NCBI GenBank assembly: GCA_035559235.1
Contig: DATMBM010000007.1
Coordinates: forward strand, 9,475-73,474
DNA from: Minisyncoccota bacterium
GTDB lineage: Bacteria > Patescibacteriota > Minisyncoccia > Phycocordibacterales > UBA2100
Reading direction: 5' to 3'
Length of the DNA stretch: 64,000 nt
The notes beneath the pieces were generated by a model. The model made no database searches. It was given only the letters and a program-made list of their open reading frames with translations, and was not told the DNA's origin. Positions 8,065-17,433 of the stretch are shown here, one piece after another. The position numbers and the translations under genes were made by a program. Each line of letters opens with the position of its first letter. Position 1 is the stretch's first letter.

Positions 8065-9132
8065 ATGACCGCGGACCGCAACAAAAAAATAGCAGTAAAA
8101 CAGGGAATCACCCTCTCCTTTTCCCCGAAGGCCGTTTCAAAAGACCTCCTGCAAGGCCTCCCGGAGCGTGCCCGTCGCGTTCTTATCGACCGCTTTGGAC
8201 TCGCGGGGACCGGCAAGGGCCGGACGCTCGAAGCAATCGGCAAAGAGTACGGCATCACCCGCGAGCGCGTCCGTCAGATCGAGTCCAGCGGCATTGCGAG
8301 CGTTCGCGAATCGAGCGCCTACGCACAACACGGAAAAACGTGGGAAGAACTGAAGCGCGTCGTCCACGAACTTGGCGGTGCGTTGCCTGAAAGTCTCATC
8401 CTCGCGGAGATCGCGAAGAACGACCAGGACCGCAATCACACGCTCTTTCTCCTCACCGTCGGCCACCATTTCGGCGAGAAGCGTGAGGATGCGGATTTTC
8501 ACCGCCGTTGGCACGTGGATGCGTCGCTCATGGAAGCGATCGAAGGCGCGCTCACGAAGTTGTACGAATCCATCGAACCGATGGCGCTTCTTTCTGAAGA
8601 CGATTTCTTTGACGAATTTTCCCGTAACCTCAAAGACACCGGCGCACGGGCGCGCGATGTCGAGATCATGCGGCGCTGGCTCGCGCTCTCAAAGCGCCTC
8701 GCGCGCAATCCGCTTGGCGAGTGGGGACGCGTTGAGTCCCCGCATGTCCGCATCAAGAATACGCGTGATTTTGCTTATCTGACGCTGAAGCGTCACGGCT
8801 CCCCGATGCACTTTACGGAAGTCGCGCGCGGCATCCGCGAACTGTTCCGTCGTGAGGCGCACCCTGCGACGACCCACAACGAACTCATCAAGGACGAGCG
8901 CTTCGTGCTTGTCGGGCGCGGCTTGTACGCGCTCAAGGAATGGGGCTATGCCCCCGGCGTTGTGCGCGACGTCATCCGCAACATCCTCATGCGCGATGGC
9001 GCGCTTACGCGCGAAGAAATCATCGATCGGGTGAAGCGCGAACGCTACGTCAAGGACGCGACGATCGTCGTCAACCTCCAACACACGGAATTTAAGCGCG
9101 ACAATGAAGGGAAGTACATCGTCAGCCGATAG
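8065..9132 (+). CDS. Sigma-70 region-4 HTH + C-terminal HARE-HTH domain protein (putative transcription regulator)
   Basis: TLEAIGKEYGITRERVRQIESSGI matches sigma70 region 4.2. The C-terminus (HFTEVARGI...FVLVGRGLYALKEWGY) matches the HARE-HTH / RNAP delta N-domain pattern. Confidence 0.65.
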   Translation: MTADRNKKIAVKQGITLSFSPKAVSKDLLQGLPERARRVLIDRFGLAGTGKGRTLEAIGKEYGITRERVRQIESSGIASVRESSAYAQHGKTWEELKRVVHELGGALPESLILAEIAKNDQDRNHTLFLLTVGHHFGEKREDADFHRRWHVDASLMEAIEGALTKLYESIEPMALLSEDDFFDEFSRNLKDTGARARDVEIMRRWLALSKRLARNPLGEWGRVESPHVRIKNTRDFAYLTLKRHGSPMHFTEVARGIRELFRREAHPATTHNELIKDERFVLVGRGLYALKEWGYAPGVVRDVIRNILMRDGALTREEIIDRVKRERYVKDATIVVNLQHTEFKRDNEGKYIVSR

Positions 9133-9205
9133 TTTTTACGTATCGCTTTCACCGGCCTTTGCGCCTGCTCTGTAAGCGCGCGCCGTTCAATGGTACACTT
9201 ATCCT

Positions 9206-10669
9206 ATGCCTAAAAAGGCAGAAAAGGGATTTGCCGATTCGCTATTTGAATCGCTGGCTGGCGGGATCGAGTATGTCATTGAGCCTCCCAAGGAGACGCT
9301 CTGGCATACGATCACGCACAAGTGGCTCTCCATCACCGCGTGGGTCGAATATATTTCGGAAGATTGGAACGTTTCCCGCGGCGTATTTCTGATTGGACTC
9401 TATGTGCCGCTCTACATCACCGCAGCATCGCTCGTGCCGCAGTTTTCAAGTCTCGTCGGGGGTTGGATTTTGTTCGCGCTACCGGTCCTGGCGCCTGCTG
9501 CTGCCATCGCGGGTTTTTGGGGCGTATGGATGCTGTATGTGCAATCGCTCTTCGTCTTTACGCGCACCGATCCCATCCTTCTGGAAGTAAAAATGCCGAC
9601 CGACATCACGAAATCACCCCGCGCGATGGAACAGGTGTTTGCGAATCTTTGGATCAGGTACAACGAGACAACCTTCATCGACCGCAACTGGTACGGCGGC
9701 GTGCGCCCGTATTTTTCCTTCGAGCTTGCGTCATTCGGCGGCGACGTCCACTTCTATATCTGGACGAGGCGCATGTTTAAAAACACGATTGAAGCGAATC
9801 TGTACGCCCAATATCCGGAAGTGGAGGTTGTCGAGGCGGAAGACTATGCCGCGAAATTTGTGTACGACGAAAGCGTCGAGTGTTTCGTAACCGAATACGG
9901 ACTCGATTCAGCGATGGCAAGGTGGACGTGGGAGGACACGCTTGATCCATTACACGCGAAAATTAACGCGTACACACCGAAGACGTACGTTGATTTTGAA
10001 CTCGACAAAGACCCAAAAGAAGAACACCGGGTCGACCCATTTGCGTCAGTAATTGAGGTGCTCAGTTCGATCAACAAGAACGAGCAGATGTGGGTCCAAA
10101 TGGTCATCCGCGCACACCTCAAAAGTTCGTGGCGGGAAACCGTTGAGGCGGAAGTCGAAAAAATTCGCAAGGAATCAACAATACTGAAGGACGCGCAAGA
10201 AGATCCGGATGCGGTTGGCTTCCCGCGCCCGACGTGGAAGCAGACCGAACAGATTCGCATCATGGAGCGGCACCTTTCGAAATTACCGTTCGAAGTCGGA
10301 TTCCGCGGCATTTATTCCGCGCCCGCAAACAAGATGCGCGGCCCCGAATACACAATGATGCGCTGGATCTACCGGCCGTTTGCAAATCCAAACTGGATGT
10401 CGGTCCTCCGCCCGCGCCGCGGCCACAATATTTTCGATTTTGCCTGGCAGGATTGGAACGGAATCCGGTATCGCCTCATCTCACGACGCTTCATCGATGC
10501 GTACCGCCGTCGCTGTTTCTTCAATTATCCGTGGATTACCCCGCATCACATTTTCTCGACCGAGGTACTTGCGACCTTGTGGCACCCACCTTCATCGACG
10601 GTACAAGCTCCGGGTCTCGCGCGTATTCCGGTTGCAAAAGCTGAAGCACCCGCGAACCTGCCGATATAA
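9206..10669 (+). CDS. Hypothetical membrane protein (N-terminal 2 TM + about 380-aa Trp/Tyr-rich domain), function unknown
   Basis: A 487-aa ORF with high-GC codon usage. No recognisable catalytic motif. Its stop overlaps the TATAAT of mltG. Confidence 0.6.
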   Translation: MPKKAEKGFADSLFESLAGGIEYVIEPPKETLWHTITHKWLSITAWVEYISEDWNVSRGVFLIGLYVPLYITAASLVPQFSSLVGGWILFALPVLAPAAAIAGFWGVWMLYVQSLFVFTRTDPILLEVKMPTDITKSPRAMEQVFANLWIRYNETTFIDRNWYGGVRPYFSFELASFGGDVHFYIWTRRMFKNTIEANLYAQYPEVEVVEAEDYAAKFVYDESVECFVTEYGLDSAMARWTWEDTLDPLHAKINAYTPKTYVDFELDKDPKEEHRVDPFASVIEVLSSINKNEQMWVQMVIRAHLKSSWRETVEAEVEKIRKESTILKDAQEDPDAVGFPRPTWKQTEQIRIMERHLSKLPFEVGFRGIYSAPANKMRGPEYTMMRWIYRPFANPNWMSVLRPRRGHNIFDFAWQDWNGIRYRLISRRFIDAYRRRCFFNYPWITPHHIFSTEVLATLWHPPSSTVQAPGLARIPVAKAEAPANLPI

Positions 10670-10678
10670 TCACCGTCC

Positions 10679-11722
10679 ATGGATTGGGAACAAATACGTC
10701 AGTACGCATACCGTGTGTTCGAGTGGCTGTATTACGAGCCATCGCGCCTGGCACAGGAGTGGCGCGAGCAGGCAAACCAGCGTTCGATCGTCATCATTGT
10801 CGCCGGCGGGCTCACGGCGCTCCTGTTGTACGTGCTTGCCATCGCGCCGCCCAGGGAATTTCCCGTCGGGACACTGGTAACGGTACCGGAAGGAGCATCT
10901 GCCGCGGAAGTGGGCACCATGCTCGAAGAGCAGGGGGTCATACAGGAATCGCACGTCTTCCGGATTGCGGTGCAAATTCTTGGCCGCGACCGCGGCGTGC
11001 GCGCGGGTGATTACCTTTTCAAGGAGCCGAAGGACGTGTTTTCAGTTGCGCGGGCAATTACGACCGGTGCCTTCGGTCTTGAGCCTATCCGCATCCGCAT
11101 CCTCGAAGGCGCGACCACGCGAGACATGGCAAAAGTGTATGCAACGCACCTGCAGCGATTCAACGCGGAAAAATTTCTCGCAAAGGCGCAGCCGCAGGAA
11201 GGGTACCTTTTCCCGGACACTTACTTTTTTCTTCCAAACGCGACGGAAGATACCGTGATCGAGGCGATGCGGCAAAATTTTGATGCGCAGATTGAATCGC
11301 TCTCGAAAGACATCGAAGAATCAGGCAGGACGCTCAACGATATCGTGATTATGGCTTCGCTTCTGGAAAAAGAGGCGCACAATTACACGGATCGTCGGCG
11401 GATCGCGGGCGTCTTATGGCGTCGCATCAGGATCAATATGGCGCTCCAGGTCGACGCGGCATTCTTGTATTCGCTTGGACGCACGACGTTTTCCCTCACC
11501 AAAGCGGACCTCGCGAACGAGGAGGACCCGTACAATACGTATGTGCACAAGGGACTGCCGCCCGGCGCGATTGGGAGCCCCTCGCTCGCATCGCTTCGCG
11601 CGGCGCTCAACCCGATTGACGAAGGGTATTTGTTTTATCTCGCGGACCGCAACCACGTGACGCATTATTCGAAGACGTACGAAGAGCATTTGCGGAAGAA
11701 GGCGTTGTATTTAGGGACCTAA
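10679..11722 (+). CDS. mltG: Endolytic murein transglycosylase MltG (YceG family)
   Basis: N-terminal TM, then the YceG core (GYLFPDTYFF, LQVDAAFLY). Confidence 0.9.
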   Translation: MDWEQIRQYAYRVFEWLYYEPSRLAQEWREQANQRSIVIIVAGGLTALLLYVLAIAPPREFPVGTLVTVPEGASAAEVGTMLEEQGVIQESHVFRIAVQILGRDRGVRAGDYLFKEPKDVFSVARAITTGAFGLEPIRIRILEGATTRDMAKVYATHLQRFNAEKFLAKAQPQEGYLFPDTYFFLPNATEDTVIEAMRQNFDAQIESLSKDIEESGRTLNDIVIMASLLEKEAHNYTDRRRIAGVLWRRIRINMALQVDAAFLYSLGRTTFSLTKADLANEEDPYNTYVHKGLPPGAIGSPSLASLRAALNPIDEGYLFYLADRNHVTHYSKTYEEHLRKKALYLGT

Positions 11723-11864
11723 CACCAGAAGTGCTTCTCTCGGGTCGCTATCTGCGCGCGCTCGCGCAGCGCTCCGCCTCGGCGCCGACGCGCCTATGAA
11801 GACCCTCATGAAGCATTTCTGGTGATAGGTTGTGGGTTGCGATGATGAAGTATAATCTGCCGCC

Positions 11865-12884
11865 ATGGGGCAAACGGTATTTGTAGGACTTTCGGGCGGC
11901 GTCGACAGCGCAGTCTCTGCCGCGCTTTTGAAGAGTGAGGGCTACAACGTCATCGGCGCGTTCATCAAAATATGGCGGCCGGAATTTATCGATTGCCCCT
12001 GGCAGGAAGATCGGCTCGACGCAATGCGCGTCTGCGCCTCGCTTCAAATCCCGTTCAAAGAAATCGATCTCTCCGAGGAATACAAAACGACGGTCATCGA
12101 TGACATGGTGGCCAATTACGCGCGTGGCATTACGCCGAACCCCGACGTCCTCTGCAATCGGAATATCAAATTTGGAGCTTTTGCATCGTGGGCGCGCGAG
12201 AATGGCGCAGACTTCGTCGCAACCGGGCACTACGCCCGGAATATCGGAGCGAGTTTGTATCGCGGGGTGGATTCAAACAAGGACCAATCGTACTTCCTGT
12301 GGCAGCTGACAAAGGCGGATCTCGAGCGCGTACTGTTCCCGGTTGGCGGACTCGCGAAACCCGAAGTACGCGCCCACGCCGAGCGACTGAATCTTCCGGT
12401 AGCTCGGAAGAAAGACAGCCAAGGGCTCTGTTTTGTCGGCGATGTGACGATGCGTGATTTTCTTGCGCACTATGTGCCGCTTGAAAAGGGAACAGTGCTC
12501 GATGAAAAAGGGAGCGTGATCGGCGAGCACGACGGCGCGGCACTTTATACGCTCGGGGAGCGGCACGGCTTTCGCGTCACGACTCGCTCCGCGCACAATG
12601 ATCCGCATTACGTCATCGGGATCGATACGAACGCGAACACGATAACAGTCTCGCCCGATCGGACGAAAGCATCAAGAAAAAAAGTAACGCTTATCGACAC
12701 CAATTGGCTGCATACACCACAGGGAGAACTGCAGGCACAAACCCGGTATCGGGAAACGCCGGTTGCCTGCACGGTATCCGGCGCGACCGTCACGTTCATG
12801 GAGCCGCATTTCGCGCCGCCCGGGCAATCGCTCGTCGTATATGATGGGGATAAGCTTGTCGGCGGAGGCATCATTGCGCCGTAA
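11865..12884 (+). CDS. mnmA: tRNA-specific 2-thiouridylase MnmA
   Basis: PP-loop SGGVDS and a conserved Cys. TATAAT lies 8 nt upstream of the ATG. Confidence 0.95.
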   Translation: MGQTVFVGLSGGVDSAVSAALLKSEGYNVIGAFIKIWRPEFIDCPWQEDRLDAMRVCASLQIPFKEIDLSEEYKTTVIDDMVANYARGITPNPDVLCNRNIKFGAFASWARENGADFVATGHYARNIGASLYRGVDSNKDQSYFLWQLTKADLERVLFPVGGLAKPEVRAHAERLNLPVARKKDSQGLCFVGDVTMRDFLAHYVPLEKGTVLDEKGSVIGEHDGAALYTLGERHGFRVTTRSAHNDPHYVIGIDTNANTITVSPDRTKASRKKVTLIDTNWLHTPQGELQAQTRYRETPVACTVSGATVTFMEPHFAPPGQSLVVYDGDKLVGGGIIAP

Positions 12885-12893
12885 AATAAAGGA

Positions 12894-13766
12894 GTGCCGC
12901 AGATTTGGATCATAAAGGCCGACGGGGAGAAGGAGTTGTTCGATCCGCGAAAGCTGGACCATTCGCTGCAACGGGCCGGCGCTAATCCGGATGCGCGCAA
13001 GCAGATTTTGCAGGCAATCGAGAACGAGCTGGAAGACGGCATGCGTACGGAAGACATCTATGCGCGTGCATTTGACATGTTGCGCTCCGGCGCTGCGCCG
13101 GCGGTTGCCGCGCGCTATTCCGTAAAGCGCGCGATTTTCGCATTAGGGCCGTCCGGCTTCCCGTTCGAGCAGTTTTTCGCGGAAATTCTCAAGGCGCATG
13201 GTTGGCACACGAAAACCGGCGTGGCACTTACCGGTCGCTGCGCGCCGCACGAAGTCGATGTGCTTGCGGAGAAAGCGGGCCGACGTGTCGGGATCGAAGC
13301 GAAATTCCACAACGAGCCGGGTGGCAAGACGGACATCAAGGACGCACTGTACGTGTATGCGCGGTACGAAGACCTGCGTCGTTCCCCCGAGAAGTCGTCG
13401 CGCGTCGATGAGGGATGGCTCGTGACGAATACGCGCTTCACGCGCAACGCGATTCGGTACGCGCAGTGTTCCAACCTCACGCTTATCGGCTGGGATTATC
13501 CGCGCAACCGCGGGTTGATGCATATGATCGAGGAAGCGCGGGTGCATCCGTTGACGGCGCTCACGACGCTTAGCGAGGGCGAGAAGCGTCGCCTGATGGA
13601 GAACAAGATCGTGCTTTGCAAGCACGTACAGAGCCCGCATCTGTTGCAGGAATACGGCGTGAAGCCCGACCGCATCCAAAAAGTAATGGAAGAAGCGAAA
13701 TATCTCTGCCAGCCGGTGTGGTCGGAGGCGCCGCAATTCACAGCACACGGCGTCGCGACGCACTGA
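12894..13766 (+). CDS. ATP-cone domain fused to an Mrr-like (PD-(D/E)xK) restriction-endonuclease-fold domain
   Basis: N-terminal IIKADGEKELFDPRKL is an NrdR-like ATP cone. The middle has D...IEAKF (D/ExK) and TNTRFTRNA, as in Mrr_cat. GTG start; start uncertain. Confidence 0.6.
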   Translation: MPQIWIIKADGEKELFDPRKLDHSLQRAGANPDARKQILQAIENELEDGMRTEDIYARAFDMLRSGAAPAVAARYSVKRAIFALGPSGFPFEQFFAEILKAHGWHTKTGVALTGRCAPHEVDVLAEKAGRRVGIEAKFHNEPGGKTDIKDALYVYARYEDLRRSPEKSSRVDEGWLVTNTRFTRNAIRYAQCSNLTLIGWDYPRNRGLMHMIEEARVHPLTALTTLSEGEKRRLMENKIVLCKHVQSPHLLQEYGVKPDRIQKVMEEAKYLCQPVWSEAPQFTAHGVATH

Positions 13767-13784
13767 TCGCGATACAATTATCGT

Positions 13785-14246
13785 ATGGACCCCGCAGTCG
13801 TCATGTTTGGCCAACTCATCCTCGCCGCGTTTCTTGGTGCGCTTATGGGCGCCGAACGTTCGGTGATAGCGCGGCAGCAAGCCGGCATGCGCACGTACGC
13901 GCTCGTATCGCTTGGCGCGTGCGCATTCGTCATCGCGGGCACGTATATCGATGCGCAATATCTTAATGCAAATTTTGATCCCGCGCGCGTGGCCGCCGCG
14001 ATCGTGCAGGGGGTTGGCTTCATCGGTGCGGGGCTGATTTTCATGCGGGGAGAGAATGTCCACGGCATAACGACCGCGGCAGGACTTTGGGTATCGGCCT
14101 CGATCGGCGTCCTTGTCGCATTTGGGATGTACTCGATCGCGGTTTTTGCGTCCGCGCTTACGCTCGGTATCTTTTTCGGGCTGTGGTATATCGAACAAAC
14201 GATGAAGCGCTGGCACGCCGACGAAAAATGCCAAAACAACGCGTGA
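13785..14246 (+). CDS. MgtC/SapB family membrane protein
   Basis: Matches the MgtC N-domain consensus (GAERSVIARQQAGMRTYALVSLGA). Confidence 0.85.
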   Translation: MDPAVVMFGQLILAAFLGALMGAERSVIARQQAGMRTYALVSLGACAFVIAGTYIDAQYLNANFDPARVAAAIVQGVGFIGAGLIFMRGENVHGITTAAGLWVSASIGVLVAFGMYSIAVFASALTLGIFFGLWYIEQTMKRWHADEKCQNNA

Positions 14247-14292
14247 ATTCATGAATACTGTTTCGTGAACGCTGCGGTGGTATACTTCGGCG

Positions 14293-15114
14293 ATGTCGCA
14301 GTACTACAAGCCTGACCGAAACGCCGCGTGGAATTACGGCGGCAAGAATTTCCGGCTGTCGCGCTCGAAAATCGGCCTCTTCCAAGAGTGCCCGCGCTGT
14401 TTTTACATCGACAACAAGCTCGGCACGGGCCGCCCACCGGGCTATCCGTTCAGCCTCAACTCGGCAGTCGACGCGCTTTTGAAAAAGGAATTCGACATCC
14501 ACCGCAATGGCAAGACGTCGCACCCGCTGATGGAGCAATACGGCATCAACGCCGTGCCATTTCAGCATCCGAAAATGGACATTTGGCGCGAGACGTTCAA
14601 GGGGATCGAACATCGGCATGAACCGACGGGCTTTGTGGTGTGCGGCGCTGTCGACGATGTGTGGGTGAACCCGAACGAAGAACTCATCATCGTCGATTAC
14701 AAATCGACCAGCAAGGACGAAAAGATCGAGGAGCTGAACAAGGATTGGCACGATGGCTACAAGCGGCAGATGGAAGTCTATCAGTGGCTGTTCAGGCAAA
14801 ACGGCTTTGCGGTTTCCGATACCGGCTACTTCGTCTACGCAAATGCCGACAAAGATAAAAAAGCCTTCGACGGAATCCTTGAATTCGACGTAACCCTCGT
14901 GCCGCACAAGGGCAGCGACGCGTGGGTTGAACCGACGCTGTTCAAGATCAAGGAATGTCTCGAGAGCGAAAAGCTCCCATCCGTTGGAGACGGCTGCGAT
15001 TACTGCATCTACCGGGAAACCGTGGGAAAAAAGCTGCAAGCGTTTATGCCCAAGAAATCGCCGATCAAGGTAAAATCGATGCCGAAGGGCACACAGGCTG
15101 CACTCGATTTTTGA
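14293..15114 (+). CDS. PD-(D/E)xK nuclease family protein (Cas4/AddB-nuclease-like, Cys-cluster)
   Basis: GAVDDVW and IVDYKS core motifs. CPRC near the N-terminus and CDYC near the C-terminus suggest a metal/Fe-S site. Confidence 0.65.
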   Translation: MSQYYKPDRNAAWNYGGKNFRLSRSKIGLFQECPRCFYIDNKLGTGRPPGYPFSLNSAVDALLKKEFDIHRNGKTSHPLMEQYGINAVPFQHPKMDIWRETFKGIEHRHEPTGFVVCGAVDDVWVNPNEELIIVDYKSTSKDEKIEELNKDWHDGYKRQMEVYQWLFRQNGFAVSDTGYFVYANADKDKKAFDGILEFDVTLVPHKGSDAWVEPTLFKIKECLESEKLPSVGDGCDYCIYRETVGKKLQAFMPKKSPIKVKSMPKGTQAALDF

Positions 15115-15126
15115 TATGCTGCACGT

Positions 15127-15381
15127 ATGAAAACATTTCGCGAAAAAGTATTGGACCTCGTCAGGAAAATCCCCAAGGGTGGTTCGATGACGTACAAACA
15201 AGTCGCGCTGCGAGCGGGAAACCCCAAGGCGGCGCGCGCCGTGGGAGCGATCATGCGCACGAATTACGATCCGACGGTGCCATGTCACCGTGTCGTTCAT
15301 TCCGACGGTTCGATCGGCAACTACAACCGCGGCGGCACTGAGCGCAAACGGGAAATTTTGAAGGCCGAGGGCTACCTGTGA
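15127..15381 (+). CDS. MGMT-family (methylated-DNA-protein-cysteine methyltransferase DNA-binding/active-site domain) protein
   Basis: The active-site PCHRVV motif is present. At 84 aa this is a single-domain form. Confidence 0.85.
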   Translation: MKTFREKVLDLVRKIPKGGSMTYKQVALRAGNPKAARAVGAIMRTNYDPTVPCHRVVHSDGSIGNYNRGGTERKREILKAEGYL

Positions 15382-15393
15382 TAGAGTAGCCCG

Positions 15394-17418
15394 ATGTTTG
15401 CACCTCCTCGCGCGCCGCAACAACCGCAAGAATTCCTTCTTCACGACACGAAGCGCGTCGATGAGTACGCATGGTTGCAAGATGGCACGAGTGAAAGCGT
15501 GCAGGAATACTTGCGGGCGGAAAACCGATACGCCGAGCGCTTCATGCGGCCGCTATTGCCGCTGCGCAGAAAGCTCTACAAGGAAATCAGGGGTCGGATC
15601 GTCGAGAACGACATGTCCGTGCCGGTCAAGGACGGGCCGTATGATTACTACGTGCGGACAAAAAAAGGCAAGCAGTACCCCATCCATTGCCGGCGTGAGG
15701 GCGAGAAAGGGAAAGAGCAAGTCATCCTTGATGAGAATGAGCTTGCAAAGGGGTCAAAGTATTTTGCGCTCGGCGCCGCCGAAACATCTCCCGACCATCG
15801 GCTTTTGGCGTACACCGTCGATACGATTGGCAACGAAAACTACACGCTTTTCATCAAAAATGTGGAGACCGGAGAACTCCTCAAAGAGCGGATGACTTCG
15901 GTTGGTGACATCGTGTGGGCGGAAGACGGGGAGCACCTGCTCTACACGCTTGAAGAGCACCCGTTTCCGCCGCGTCGCGTGTATCGCCACAAGCTTGGCG
16001 ACGCGCAAACGAATGACGTGCTCGTATACGAAGAACATGACCCGCAGTGGTACGTATCGATCGGCAAGAGCCGGAGCCGAGATTTTATTTTTGTCCAGGC
16101 GGGAAATTACAAGATGACGGAGGTGCGCTACCTTCCGGCGCGGGAGCCGGCGCAAGAACTTACCTTGCTTGCGGCTCGCACCAAAGGCGTGCGCTATTAC
16201 GTCGAGCATCATGGCGATTTCTTCTACATTTTGACCAACGAAAAAGCGATCCAGTACAAGATCATGCGCACGCCGGTCCAGTATCCGGACAAGGCGCATT
16301 GGAAGCCCTGGCTGGCGCACGACGCGTCGCGGGCCATCACAGGCTTCATCCCGTTTGCGTCGTTTATTGTACTCACGATGCGCGAACGCGGCTCGGAAGA
16401 AATATATGTTTCGTCGCCGGATAAGCGGATGTATCGCGTTGTGTTGCCCGAAGGCGAGCACGCAATAGATGTCTCGACAGATATCGAATATGCGTCGTCT
16501 TCGATTCGCTTCTCGTACTCGTCGCCGACGTCACCGAATACGGTGTTCGATTATGACGTCTTTGCGCGGACGTTCCGGGAGAGGAAAAAACAAAACGTCC
16601 CGGGATATCGGAAAGAATTGTATGTGTCGAAGCGCGTGTGGGCGAGAAACGGTACTGTGCGCATTCCCATCGTCATCGTGCGAAAACGCACCACGAAGAT
16701 CAACGGGAAGGCGCCGCTCCTCCTTGAGGCATATGGGTCGTACGGCATTTGCAACGATCCGCAGTTTTCCGTGGCGCGTCTTTCACTTCTGGATCGCGGA
16801 TGCATCGTCGCCCTGGCGCATCCTCGCGGCGGCGGAGAGATGGGCTGGCGCTGGCACAAGGATGCGCATCTCCTGACAAAGCACCGAACGTCCGACGATT
16901 TTATCGCATGCGCCGAATATCTCATGCGTCACCAGTACACGTCTCGCGACAAACTGGCAATCGCGGGAGGCAGCGCCGGTGGGATGTTGATGGGACAAGT
17001 CATGAACAAGCGTCCCGAATTATTCGCCGCGGCGCTTGTCTACGTCCCGGCGGCGGATCTCATCACCTCGCTTCTCGACGAATCGCTTGCCGGCACACGG
17101 CTTCACTACGACGAGATCGGCGATCCCCGTATCCGTAGGCACTACCGGTACCTGTTGCGCCAATCGCCGTACGAAAACGTCCGCGCCACGCGCTATCCGG
17201 CCATATTGGTGCGCGCATCGGTACACGATATTCGCACACCGTATTGGGAAGCGGCGAAGTGGGTCGCGCGCCTGCGCGCACGGAAGACCGACTCAAATCC
17301 GCTCCTGTTCAAAACCGAGCTCGACGGCGGTCATTTTGGGAAAAGCGGCCGATACGAATGGATCAAGGAAAAGGCCTTTGATTACGCGTTTTTACTCTCT
17401 ATACTTCAAGGCAGGTAA
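15394..17418 (+). CDS. ptrB: Oligopeptidase B / prolyl oligopeptidase family S9A serine peptidase
   Basis: A beta-propeller N-domain is followed by a C-terminal alpha/beta hydrolase with GGSAGG around the catalytic Ser. Confidence 0.9.
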   Translation: MFAPPRAPQQPQEFLLHDTKRVDEYAWLQDGTSESVQEYLRAENRYAERFMRPLLPLRRKLYKEIRGRIVENDMSVPVKDGPYDYYVRTKKGKQYPIHCRREGEKGKEQVILDENELAKGSKYFALGAAETSPDHRLLAYTVDTIGNENYTLFIKNVETGELLKERMTSVGDIVWAEDGEHLLYTLEEHPFPPRRVYRHKLGDAQTNDVLVYEEHDPQWYVSIGKSRSRDFIFVQAGNYKMTEVRYLPAREPAQELTLLAARTKGVRYYVEHHGDFFYILTNEKAIQYKIMRTPVQYPDKAHWKPWLAHDASRAITGFIPFASFIVLTMRERGSEEIYVSSPDKRMYRVVLPEGEHAIDVSTDIEYASSSIRFSYSSPTSPNTVFDYDVFARTFRERKKQNVPGYRKELYVSKRVWARNGTVRIPIVIVRKRTTKINGKAPLLLEAYGSYGICNDPQFSVARLSLLDRGCIVALAHPRGGGEMGWRWHKDAHLLTKHRTSDDFIACAEYLMRHQYTSRDKLAIAGGSAGGMLMGQVMNKRPELFAAALVYVPAADLITSLLDESLAGTRLHYDEIGDPRIRRHYRYLLRQSPYENVRATRYPAILVRASVHDIRTPYWEAAKWVARLRARKTDSNPLLFKTELDGGHFGKSGRYEWIKEKAFDYAFLLSILQGR

Positions 17419-17433
17419 GAAACGGAGGTACAC

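Noticed and set aside
13143-15480. Long minus-strand ORFs (369 aa and 440 aa)
   Set aside because: They are antisense to well-supported plus-strand genes (ATP-cone/REase, mgtC, Cas4-like, MGMT). The translations are Arg-rich junk.
15754-16461. 235-aa minus-strand ORF
   Set aside because: It is antisense to the oligopeptidase B gene.
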